Source: the human T2T-CHM13v2.0 reference genome, Homo sapiens
DNA: 64,000 nucleotides
Direction: 5' to 3' (one strand)
Assembly: GCF_009914755.1 (NCBI RefSeq)
Contig: NC_060938.1
The notes beneath the pieces are model-generated. The model was not told the DNA's origin, made no database searches, and saw only the letters and a list, made by a program, of their open reading frames with translations. Of the stretch, positions 40,621 to 52,342 are shown one piece after another. The position numbers and the translations under genes were made by a program. How positions within the stretch are numbered: position 1 is the stretch's first letter; each line of letters begins with the position of its first letter.

Positions 40621-41399
40621 CCCAAGTTTAGCTGGGAGAGTTTGCTTGGCTGCTTCATAGAAGAATTGCAATCTGGCTTGCCCCAACATGTATAGGTGAA
40701 AGGATAGAATATTAAACTCTAAAAAGATTTACCCAAATTAGTTTCATTTCCCTCCTCACATTTTCAAAAATCTTCTTTAGCATGGCATTACATGGATTGT
40801 AGAGCACTGGAACATGAGAGTTCTCATCCCATCTCTTCCAGTAGCCATTTGTAGGGCCTTGGGCTTCCCAGAGCCTGTGTTTTCTTGGCTAGAAATGGAA
40901 ATTTATGCACACTTTGCAAGATTGTTCAAAGACATGATGGGGTAAGGCATGTGATGTTCTTCATATTGTGTCTGGTATATTGCAGGAGGGCCATGAATGC
41001 TGGTATCCCTTCTACTCCCTGGGGTCTGAGCTCCACCACTTTATTTGGAAAAGAAGGGTTTAAGGGGAGTTGGGCTCATTTTTCCTCCAAGATTTTTCAC
41101 TGCTAATGTCCTGTGACTCTTGCAACCTTCTCATGTGGTATATAATGTCATTTCCCAAAATACAGAGAAGAAACTGGGAGATAAACAGCTCTAGAAGGTT
41201 TCAAAGCCACTGGCTCTTATCTCCATAGTGCTAAATTCTCTTTCCTGGTTGTTCAGGGTGCCTTATACTGCAATCTGAGAACTCTTCTTCCTGATTTCCT
41301 TTGATAAACTCTATAGCTCTCTTGGACCCCTTGAAATGTGAATATTTATATTTATTGGCTCATCATCTTTGTTTAACACATTCTTTAAAAAGTTGTTCT

Positions 41400-41516
41400 G
41401 GCCGGGCTCGGTGGCTCATGCCCGTAATCCCAGCACTTTGGGAGGCCGAGGCAGGCAGATCATGAGTCAAGAGATTGAGACCATCCTGGCCAACATGGTG
41501 AAAGCCCGTCTCTACT

Positions 41517-41572
<56 letters not shown>

Positions 41573-41731
41573 TTAGCTGGGCGTGGTGGTGGGTGCCTGT
41601 AGTCCCAGCTACTCGAGAGGCTGAGGCAGGGGAATCACTTCAGCTAGGGAGGGGAGGTTGCAGTGAGCTGAGATTGAGCCACTGCTCTCCAGCCTGGTGA
41701 CAGAGCGAGACTCCATCTCAAAAAAAAAAAA
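41400..41731 (+). mobile_element. Alu (AluSc-like) with (CA)25 in the central linker
   Basis: Dimer with (CA)n at 41521-41570. TSD AAAAAGTTGTTCTG at 41387-41400 and 41732-41745. Confidence 0.95.
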
Positions 41732-41829
41732 AAAAAGTTGTTCTGTATTTTGTATCCTAATTATGAAGGCCATGACCTGATTTGCTTCCCAAACACAACC
41801 CTCAAGCAATATTTCTCATCTTGGTATAT

Positions 41830-42645
41830 ATCATTTTCTTCCATTCTGTTAGTCAATTAAAAATCAAGGTGTCATTCTCAAGTCCTCTCTTTCCCTCACT
41901 ACCTATACCAAGCCATGAACAAATCCCATGATACTACCTTTAAAACATATCTAAATGTGTCAACCATCTTCATTCCCATCAATGTCATGCTGGGCCGAGC
42001 CGCCATCATTTCTCCTGGAGGATTACTATAGCAGCCTCCTCTGTTCTCCACAAAGGATTTGTTCTCCACATAGTAACCAGAGTTTTTAAAGAATGTGAAT
42101 CAAATAGTGTAATTCCCCTGCTTGATATCTTCAAAGATTATTCTCTTTGGTTTTCCAAGGCCGTGTATGATCTGGCCATCATCTGTCCTTTCCAAACTCA
42201 TCTTATGCCATTCTCCCATCTACCAAGCTTCAGCAGCTCTGACCATCTTTCTGTTCCTTGAACACCTCTCATTTCTGTCTTAAACTTCTTGCTCTAGCTG
42301 TTTCTTCTGCCTAAAATGTTCCTACTCCTGATCTTCGTCTTGGCTAGCTACCTTGGCATTCATATCTAAGGGTAAATATCATCTTCATAGGGAGGACATT
42401 CTAGATGGCTCAATCTAAAGTATCTACTCAACCACTGTCTTCCACATAACTCTATTTTAATTCTCTCCAGGGCATATATCACTAAGATTTTTCTTATTTA
42501 AGTTTTAATTTTCTGTATCCCCCCATTAGAATATATGCTCCTTGAAGTGAAGACACTGGCTTATCTTCTTTGCTGCTGTACCCGGGCAGAGCCCAGAGCT
42601 GTACATGGCACAGAGTAGCTGTTCAATAACCCACTGAATGAATGG
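41830..42645 (+). mobile_element. LINE-2 (L2a-like) 3' part
   Basis: Typical L2 3' region ending GGCACAGAGTAGCTGTTCAATAACCCACTGAATGAATG. Confidence 0.8.
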
Positions 42646-42691
42646 AGGCAAATTCATCCTGCATTGGATTTATATCACTATTTATCATATC

Positions 42692-42709
42692 ATGCCGCTA
42701 GAGGGCAAT
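42692..42709 (+). promoter_or_regulatory. Candidate CTCF site
   Basis: CCGCTAGAGGGCA (42695-42707) matches the CTCF core CCRCYAGRKGGCR and retains its CpG in a CpG-poor region. Confidence 0.65.
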
Positions 42710-42774
42710 ACATCACCTAATTAGAATGAGGAAATCAGTGTCCCTTTCTTCCAAAAGGAACTTAATTGATTTTT

Positions 42775-42953
42775 AAAATTTATATATATGAGGTGTACAT
42801 ATTTCGAGGGTACATGTGATAATTTGATACATTCTTATAATGTGTAAAGATCAAATCAGGGTAATTGGGATATCCATCACTTTAAATATTTATTCTTTAT
42901 GCTAGGAACATTTGAATTATTCTCTTCTAGCTAGATTCAGGTGTATGATTGAG
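42775..42953 (-). mobile_element. Short 5'-truncated L1MA 3' end
   Basis: GTACATATTT..GGGTACATGTGATAATTTGATACAT...GATCAAATCAGGGTAATTGGGATATCCATCAC. TSD CTTAATTGATTTT at 42761-42773 and 42954-42966. Confidence 0.85.
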
Positions 42954-43600
42954 CTTAATTGATTTTAATCATTAATGTGACAGACATTTATTTAAGAAAA
43001 ACACTCTGAAAAGGAGCCACTAGCTTTTCAAACCAACCACCAGGCACTGCCCAGGAGAAAGAAGTTTTTTCCAGGGTTATAAGTGGTAAAATAGTTTTAA
43101 ATAGACTCTGTATTATTCAGGTTAAAAAAAAACTCATATAAAATGAGAAAGCATTCATGTCCATGATATGAAATTGTTTGGGAAGTCAGAAGGAAATTAA
43201 ACAATGCCTTATTTTATCCATCTTTTACACACATACACAAAAATGTATTTCTTGGCCACTATTCTTATTTTTGCTTTTTAAAGTTCGAACCCTGGACATC
43301 TCATGGGAGTAGGGATTCTGAAAGAGATTTTCTTTTTTTTTATTTTTATAATTCCATTTCTTTCCTAAGCTTTTCTTTTAAAGTAAGCAGCATGGTGTGT
43401 CTAGGATATGTCATTGAGTGCTAAGACATCCATGTTTCTGCTGACAGGTCTGCCTCGTGGTAAGAACAGCGAGAGTGACTAAGCTCCAGTGATAAGGGCA
43501 ATGCTGTTTCTTGAGCCTGCTGCAGCACCTGTCATGGGAGGCAGAGAGAGCATGCAAATCCCTCAGGCCGATGTCTGTTCAATGACAAAAGGAAGGAGGA

Positions 43601-43631
43601 TGCACTATTCCCAGTGACCTCAAGATGGCAG
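43601..43631 (+). promoter_or_regulatory. Candidate CTCF site with upstream motif
   Basis: TGCACTATT...CCTCAAGATGGCAG: an upstream TGCA(G/C)T-like motif plus a core with two tolerated deviations. Confidence 0.45.
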
Positions 43632-44062
43632 TGGAGAAATACTTCAAATGAATTTCCTGAGGTCACCCCCCGATCCAGCGAAGGACCACTGTAATGGTTG
43701 GTTAGCTATGAGGACAGTTTCAGCACCACATCGGGTCAGTTACCATGACAGCTGGAAAGCTCTCCTGGAATCTATGAGTTTCTAGCTGTCCTGTCGCCAG
43801 AGATGACAAGTGACTTATAAAGGAAAAGTTTGAGCCTCCCTAGAAAAACCTTAAATTTGTTTTTAATGTTGCTGACATGACTTACTGTGGCAGAAAGGCT
43901 TCTCAGTGTGAGTGCCTATGGCCATGGGATCTTGATTGGTCAGATGAGGCTGGGACCTTTGCATTTCCAGGGCTTTGCTGGAGTAGGAGAGTGGCCTCAA
44001 CTTTTCTCAGCACTTAGGAACAATGAGAATGGTTTAGGGCACCTACCATGGGCTTTGGGGGA

Positions 44063-44442
44063 TGTATTAGTCCGTTCTTGCACTGCTATGGAGAAATACC
44101 TGAGACTGGGTAATTTATAAAGAAAATAAGTTTAATTGGCTCATAGTTCCACAAGCTATACAGGAAGCATGGCTAGGGAGGCCTCAGAAGACTCACAATC
44201 ATGGCAGAAGGGGGAGGGGAAGTAGGCTCTTCTTATGTGGCCAGGAGGAAGGGAGATGTTGGGGGGAGGTGCTACACACTTTAAAACAACCAGATCTCAT
44301 GAGAATTCACTCACTATTACAAGAAAAGCGAGGGGGAAATCCGCCCCCATGATTCAACCACCTCCCACCTGCCTCTCTTCTAACATTGGGGATTACAATT
44401 CAAAATGAGATTTGGGTGGGGATACAAATCCAAACCATATCA
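44063..44442 (-). mobile_element. MaLR solo LTR (MSTA-like)
   Basis: TGTATTAGTCCGTTCTTGCACTGCTAT...GAGATTTGGGTGGGGATACAAATCCAAACCATATCA. Confidence 0.9.
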
Positions 44443-44669
44443 CAGAAGGAAATAAGATCAGCTTTTGCTTATTTCCTTAAATTTTGTTGAGTACGGCAGG
44501 GTCTATTGAATCCTCACATCTAGTACAATAGATTACCAGCAGCTCAGGAAGAAGGATGCAAAAGGCATGAGAATGACCCCCCTCTGGCCTCCTTCAAGGA
44601 GGTGAAAGAACATTATCTCCTACACCCGTGTTCCAATTTTCAACCACAAAAACACACATATGTATGTGC

Positions 44670-45370
44670 ATTAGCAAACACTCACTTGTTGAACACCTAC
44701 AAAATAGTTACTATACTCATGGAGTCAAATGGAAATGATGCAGAATTAAAGTTATGAGAGGTATCAACAAAACGTTATTGAGAATTCAAAGGACAAATGC
44801 CTAAAGCTTTGATTAAGAGGAAATTAGGTAATATTTTATGGAGTAAAGACTGGCCATAAAAGACTGAGTAGGATTTTAGGTGGATGGAGTTGGGTGGTGA
44901 AAGGGAGGGCATCGCAAACCAGAGAAAGAGAATAAGCAGAAGTATGAAGGGAAGATCACTCTGAGTGTGTCCGATATAGATAGAGTACAGGCCTAGTATG
45001 GGAAGTAGCAGGTGATAAGGCTTTAAAGCAGTGGTTCTCAATCAGGGGAGATTTTGCCACCCAGGGGACATTTGGCAATGTCTGGAGACATTTTTGGTTG
45101 TTATAACTAGGTGAGGGTATGTTATTGACATCGGGTGAGTAGAAGCCAGGGATACTGCTAAATACCCTACAATGCACAGGATGGCTTGCCACAACAAAAC
45201 TTATCCAGCCCCAAATGTCAATAGTGCCAATATTGGGAAACCCTTTTTTCGGGAAGATTGGTCTTGGTCACAGAAGATCTTGAAAATCAGGGGAAGGGAA
45301 GGGAGCTTACTTGGTAAGCAAAGAGAGTACAGAAGATTTTTAAGTGGGAGAGTGAATGTGTTGATATTAT
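44670..45370 (-). mobile_element. Decayed antisense L2 interrupted by MER20
   Basis: CACTTGTTGAACACCTAC tail-like motif and purine-rich L2-like motifs (TGAGTAGGATTTT, GAAGATTTTTAAGTGGGAGAGTGA). Confidence 0.45.
45029..45244 (+). mobile_element. MER20 hAT-Charlie MITE
   Basis: CAGTGGTTCTCAATCAGGGGAGATTTTGCCACCCAGGGGACATTTGGCAATGTCTGGAGACATTTTTGG...CCCAAATGTCAATAGTGCC. Confidence 0.92.
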
Positions 45371-45788
45371 GATTTATGGGCATTATATGGATATAGGTAC
45401 AAATATAACCTTTTCCCTCCCTCATCTTTTAAGGAGAAACCTTATTGGCACTACTTGGCTAGCCAGCCTTTGCTGTGCTTAGAGGGTAATAGGTAGAGAT
45501 GCAGAATTGCAGAAGCCCAGGTAAACTAAATTAATCTCCATGTAAAAGGACATGGAGCCTCCCAGAGAAGAAAAAATGCAAGAGGTGGAGATGAGAGAGG
45601 CAAGAGAGATGAGTGAGAGAGTGAGGAAAACAGCACAAGATGCAGTTACAAAGAGGGAGCATCAAATTAGGTCCTGTGGGGAGATGCTAAAATAAAAAAC
45701 CTTGCTTCTGCCCTTACTGAGCCCACCATCTCCTAAAGATGATGATCTTACATTAAGTAAGTCCCTATTATTCACAGAGGAAAGTATA

Positions 45789-46078
45789 CAGTCATCTCTC
45801 CATTTGCCGGTTCCGCATCTGCAAATTCAAACCAACTATGGGTTGAAAATGTTTTTTAAAAATAACAAAACAACAATAAAAAATACTACAAATAAAAATA
45901 CAGTACAACTATTTACATAGCATTTACATTTTATTAGGTGTTATAAGTAATCTAGAGATGATGTAAAAGTTATGTGCAAATACTGTGCCATTTTATATAA
46001 GGGACTTAGAGCATCCCTGAATTTTGGTATCTGCAGGGATCTTGGAACTAATCCCCAGTGGATACTGAGGGACAACTG
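45789..46078 (-). mobile_element. MER2 Tigger MITE
   Basis: TAAGTAATCTAGAGATGAT...CCATTTTATATAAGGGACTT..GAGCATCC...GGATACTGAGGGACAACTG. Confidence 0.85.
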
Positions 46079-46989
46079 TGTGTATTTTCACAAGGCTTTG
46101 TCGTTTCTCGGAGCTTTCACTGATGAATAAAATCTAGGTGATCTCAACTCAGGGGTAAAAGTCATTTTTGGCTGCTTTCTTTGTGGGTTTTTCTTACATA
46201 GAGCATGAAAGAAAAAACTCACCGAATCTATCCAAGTCTAGGATTAAATTATTTCTGTCTTTCGGGCTGAAGATGGATTTGATGCTGATGACTAAAGATA
46301 GCCAGTTGCCCCTTGTTACAGGTGGGTCCTCACAAATTTGGCCAGTAGAAAGCTGCAGTGGAGACACTGTTAAGACTGCAAGAATATCAGTTCCTCATGT
46401 CACAGTCAGCTGCTCTGGTCCATGCACCTCTGCCAACTTCCAGTGGCTAATAAGCTTTTGGCCCAGTGATGGAAGCAATGGTGCCAATGACAAATATAAA
46501 CAAGGTCCTCTGCCAGGAGCAAAAGCTGAAATCTTTCTGGTAATTGCAGCCTGACATGTGCATGGCCCCAGGATCGTGTGCCATCTCCACCACAGTCATT
46601 TACTGTCTGTCGTGGCTCCAGGGACCTCATACAACATAATGGCTGCCATGGACACCGCATTATCCTGAATATGCCAGGGCAAAATGACATCATTCTTTTT
46701 GTAACTCCCCAGAGTTGGGAATGAATGGATATTAGGAAGGACATCCACAGAGCTGGTCAGTCAAGAATGAAACCTATGCACCAAACTGAGAAAAGCTATT
46801 GATAGAGGAATTTTAAAGAAGGAATAGGGAGAGGACTACTTCTCTGTTTTTAGCTGGAAGTTCTATCATGTACAAATGCTTTTGATCACTACTTACAGCA
46901 TGTCCAGCAATGATGGCTTGAAAATGGGAGATTATTGTATGACAAGAAGTCCTATGCAGGAGGATTTTCTGGTTATAACAACTGCTCTA

Positions 46990-47387
46990 TCATGCATCAA
47001 GGACATAGGTTATATATGTCTTTTCTGTCCTTCATTCTCAGTAAGTTGGATTTTAGTTTTTATTGTTTCATGGTATTATTTCAGGTATCATATTTAAGGT
47101 GGAGGCAAGAAGAATGGGAAAGAGGTGGTGCCAGCCATTCTGCCCCTTCTTTCAGGAAAGGAGAAACTTTTCCCATTACATTTCATGGACCAGAACTGGG
47201 TCATCTGATCACCCCCAGCTCTAAGGGAGGCTAGGAAAATGAGTGTCGTCTAAGAGCAAAAGGATTGACGTGACCAGTCACGGTTCATCTCCAAGGGCGG
47301 GCTGTTTGTTATCACAAACAAAATTAGGATTCCATTAACAAGAAGGGAAGGGAGTTATTGGGTAGACAACTCACAGTGTCTGTCACA
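46990..47387 (-). mobile_element. Old MaLR LTR (MLT1K/L-like)
   Basis: CCAGAACTGGGTCA...CCCCAGCTCTAAGGGAGGCTAGGAAAATGAGT...TATTGGGTAGACAAC..ACAGTGTCTGTCACA. Confidence 0.6.
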
Positions 47388-47519
47388 AGCCCTTGCCATC
47401 CCAGACTTGCTGGCTTGTGAAGTGTGGTCTTCAGGTGGTGTGGGATGGAAACACAATGGGCTCCATCACTGTTTGCAGGTGTTCCCCTTGCTGTGCATGC
47501 CTTTCTCCCCCTCCTTTTC

Positions 47520-47855
47520 TCCTTTTCTCTTCTGAACTAACTTCTCCTTATACCCAGGGCTATGTTCCTAGTGAATTTCTGCTCATCCTCAGGCTTCTAC
47601 TGAACTCATCTTCATGAGCATTTCCTGGCTCTACCTCTCAGTGTTAAGCAGGCCCATCTCTGGCCTCATGACAAACTGTGTTGGCATGTATCACACTGAA
47701 TTGTAGCTGTCTGTTTTCTTATCTTTGCTCACCACTAGATTGGGCTCCTTGAGGAGTCTTATTCATATATGTCATATTCATGTTTATGTCCCCAAGACTG
47801 GGCACAGAGCCAGGCACGTAGTAGTCACTTAATAAACACCAACTGAATCAGTGAG
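47520..47855 (+). mobile_element. L2 3' end
   Basis: CCACTAGATTGGGCTCCTTGAGG...GGCACAGAGCCAGGCACGTAGTAGTCACTTAATAAA. Confidence 0.65.
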
Positions 47856-48139
47856 AACCTCAGCGAGTTTTGCTGCATGCTATAATTCCTTAAGAAATAG
47901 TATTTCTGGATAAAACACACACAGAGAAAACTTCATTATTTGGGGATTGTGAAAGAACACACTTCTTAAGGAAGAGGTGCCCTGTCTCAAAGTGAAGATG
48001 CTTCTGCCTGGTGTTTCTACCTGTGTGTGCTGGCTTCCTGTATAGCCAGGCCCTTATTTACCCCAGCTCCATTTGTTTGCCTACCCCAGCTCCCCAAATG
48101 TAGAAGTGAGATCACCCTCCCTCATGGGCCATCTCTGGG

Positions 48140-48375
48140 AAGGCAGTGTTTCATTGGGAGAGCCTAAGCTTTGGAGATTTGACTCTGCCATTATCACATT
48201 CTACTAAAGAGCAACACAAGTTAGCCTGTTAACTAGCCTCATTAAACTTCAGTTTGCTCATTGGTGAAATATGACAATAACAGTAACTTCAGAGGAGTAT
48301 GTTGAATATGAAATGACATAACACATGTAAAGTGTTTGGCACGTGGTAGCTGCTCAGAAAAGCATTATGATTAGT
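48140..48375 (+). mobile_element. MIR
   Basis: CTTCAGTTTGCTCATTGGTGAAAT...AAATGACATAACACATGTAAAGTG...GGCACGTGGTAG. Confidence 0.65.
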
Positions 48376-48701
48376 GACTGCGTCTTGGATCTTTAATTAT
48401 ATGGTTTTATCAGTTCAAAGTTTCCTTATTTGCAGGTGATTTCACTACCCTAGAACCAAAATGAACCACGTTACACAAATGAAGTTGGGAAATTTCTTCG
48501 CTCCGTATACGCACATATGTAGACAGCTCCATATCCCACAACCTCGTGATAATGAAATCCCTCGCCTCTAGGAAACATCACAGAATATCAGCTTGGGAAC
48601 ACTGTGTGTTTTGCATGTCAATCTTGTAAGCATGAAGACCTACTTATAGTAAGGTCATATGTGTTCTATAATGTATTTGAAAGATTTCTAACTTATCACC
48701 T

Positions 48702-50765
48702 ATTTATTCTTCTATTGGGATATAATTTACACACTATAAATTTTACCCTATAAAGTATACATTTCAGTGGATTTTAATATATTCTGGCTTGCGTGACCAT
48801 TATTGCTATCTAATTCTGTTAAGTTTTTCATCACTCCCAGAAGAAATCCCATACCCATTAGCTATTAATCCCCATTCTCCTCTCCCCCTCAGGTTCTAAA
48901 ACCACTAATTTACTTTCTGTTTCTATGGATTTGCCTATCCTGGATATTTCGTATAAATGGAATTATACAACTTGTGGCCTTTTGTGTCTGTCTTCTATCA
49001 CTTAGCGTGATTTCAAGGTTATCCACATTGCAGCATGTATCACTACCTCGTTCCTTTTTATGGCTGAATAGTACTCCATCATATGGCTATGCCACATTTT
49101 GTTTATCCATTCATCCATTGATAAATATTTATATTGTTTCCACTATTTGGCTATTATGAATAATGCTACTATGCAAATTTGTGTGTAAGTTTTCGTGAGG
49201 ACGTATGTTTTCATTCTTCTTGGATATATACCTTGTAGCAGAATTAGTCAACCTTTTGAGGAACTACCAGACTGTTTTCAAAGTGACGGCTATATTTTAT
49301 ATTTTCACCAGCAATGTATGAGGATTCTAATTTCTCCACATCCTTATCAAAACTTACTGTTGTCTGACTTTTGATTTTAGCCATCCTAGTAGATATTAAC
49401 TGGTATTTTACTGAGGTTTTGATTTGCATTTCTCTAATGACTAAAAATTTTGAGTATTTGCAAATTGTATATTAACAAGGTCTACTACCCAAATATATAT
49501 AGAATGATTAAAAATTGACAAATATTTGAATAGACATTTCTCTAAAATTTGAATGTCTTTTTTGGAGAAATGTCTATTCAAATGTTTTGCCCATTTTCAA
49601 ATTGGGTTCTTTGTCCTTTTATTGTTGAGTTGTAATCATTCTTTATATATTCTGGTAGTAGACCTAATAAAAGTCTACTACATTTATTAATATATAATTT
49701 GAAAATATTTTCTCCCATTTTGTGGGTTGTGCTGTTCACTTTCTTGATGATTTCTTGAAGATTAAAATTTCAAAAATTTAACTTTGATGAAATCCAATTA
49801 TCTATTTTTTTGTTCTGTTGCTTGTACTTTCCAGGTCATATCTAAGAAACCATTGCCTAATTTCAAGTCACAAATATTTACACCTGTTTTTCCTAAGACT
49901 TTAATGGTTTTAGCTTTTACATTTAGGTCTTTGGTCCATTTTGACATATTAATAATTTTTGTATTTGGCATGAAGTGGGGGTACAACTTCATTATTTTGC
50001 ATGTGGATGTCCAGTTGTCCTAGCATTATTTGTTGGAAAGACTATTCTTTCTTTCTTCATTGAATTATTTTAGCACCCTTGTCAAAAATCAACTGACCAT
50101 AAATGTAAGAATGTAAGAATTTGTTCTTGGACTCTACTCTCAATTCTATTCTGTTGACTACATATTAGTCAGGGAAAGAGAATCAATTACTTACACACAC
50201 ACACACGCACACACACACACACACGTACACATACATATATACAGGAAGGAAGAAAGAGAACAAGGTTTATTGCAAGGAATTGGCTTATACAATTGTGACA
50301 AGCCTAAAGTTGTCAAGAAGGGCAGGCTGAAACTCTCAGGCACAAGCTGAAGCTTCAGTCCACAAGCGGAATTTCTTCTTCTCCAGGGAAGCCTCAGTTC
50401 TGTTCGTAAGTCCTTTCAACTGATTGATTCAGGCCCACCCAGATTATCTAGGATAATCTTCCTTACTTAAAGTAAACTGATTATAGATTTTGTCACATTT
50501 ACAAAATACCTTCACGGCAATACCTAGATTAGTGTTTGATTGAGTAACAGGAGACTATTTCCTAGCCAAGCTGACACATAGAACTGACCATCACAATCTG
50601 CTCAGCCTTATGCCAGCACCACACAGTCTTAATTACTGCAACTTTGTAGCAAGTTTCGAACTCGGGAAGGTGTGAGTCCCCTTTGTTCTTTTTCTAGAAA
50701 GTTTTGGCTTTTCTGGGTCCTTTGCTTTTCCTATGAATTTTAGAATCAGCTTATCAATTTCTGTA
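48702..50765 (-). mobile_element. L1MB 3' region (antisense), interrupted by an MLT2 LTR
   Basis: Antisense L1 3'UTR (TCTATGGATTTGCCTATCCTGGATATTTC). Minus-strand track fragments MQIKTSVKYQL... and SKWTKDLNVKAKTIK. It resumes after the MLT2 at about 50596. Confidence 0.9.
50160..50595 (-). mobile_element. ERVL LTR (MLT2D-like) with an internal (CA)n
   Basis: TATTAGTCAGGG...(CA)n...GCAAGGAATTGGCTTA...CCTAGCCAAGCTGACACATAGAACTGACCATCACA. Confidence 0.85.
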
Positions 50766-50838
50766 CCTGCATTTATTTTTATATTAAGATAAATTGGCAA
50801 CTTTGAAATCTAATTCATATGATTAAAAGAGTGGGCTA

Positions 50839-51667
<829 letters not shown>

Positions 51668-51903
51668 TCTCTCAGGATCATTTCATGTATTTCCTATCTC
51701 CTGCCAGCAATATTATGTTCTAACTGCCAGTGTGAAAGACAGAGATGAAAAAGCATCATGGGAATAAATGAATTAATATAACATTGCTAGCCAAAAGGGG
51801 TCCCAATCCAAACTTCAAGAGAGGGTTCTTGGTGCAAGAATGAATTCCGGGTGAGTCTATATTATAAACTGAAAGCAAGTTTATTAAGAAAATAAAGGAA
51901 TAA

Positions 51904-52246
<343 letters not shown>

Positions 52247-52333
52247 TGGTTAGCTATTTTTATGGTAATGTCTTGATTATATGCTAAACAAGGGGTGGAT
52301 TATTCATGAGTTTTTCGGGAAAGAGGTGGACGA

Positions 52334-52342
52334 TTCCTGGAA
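52334..52342. promoter_or_regulatory. GAS (STAT1) motif in MER41
   Basis: TTCCTGGAA fits TTCN3GAA. The partner site at 52313-52321 reads TTTCGGGAA, a mismatch. Confidence 0.55.

Noticed and set aside
46168-46744. 128-aa and 112-aa ORFs in unique-looking sequence
   Set aside because: No recognisable domain, the longer one has a non-ATG start, and such lengths occur by chance in 64 kb.
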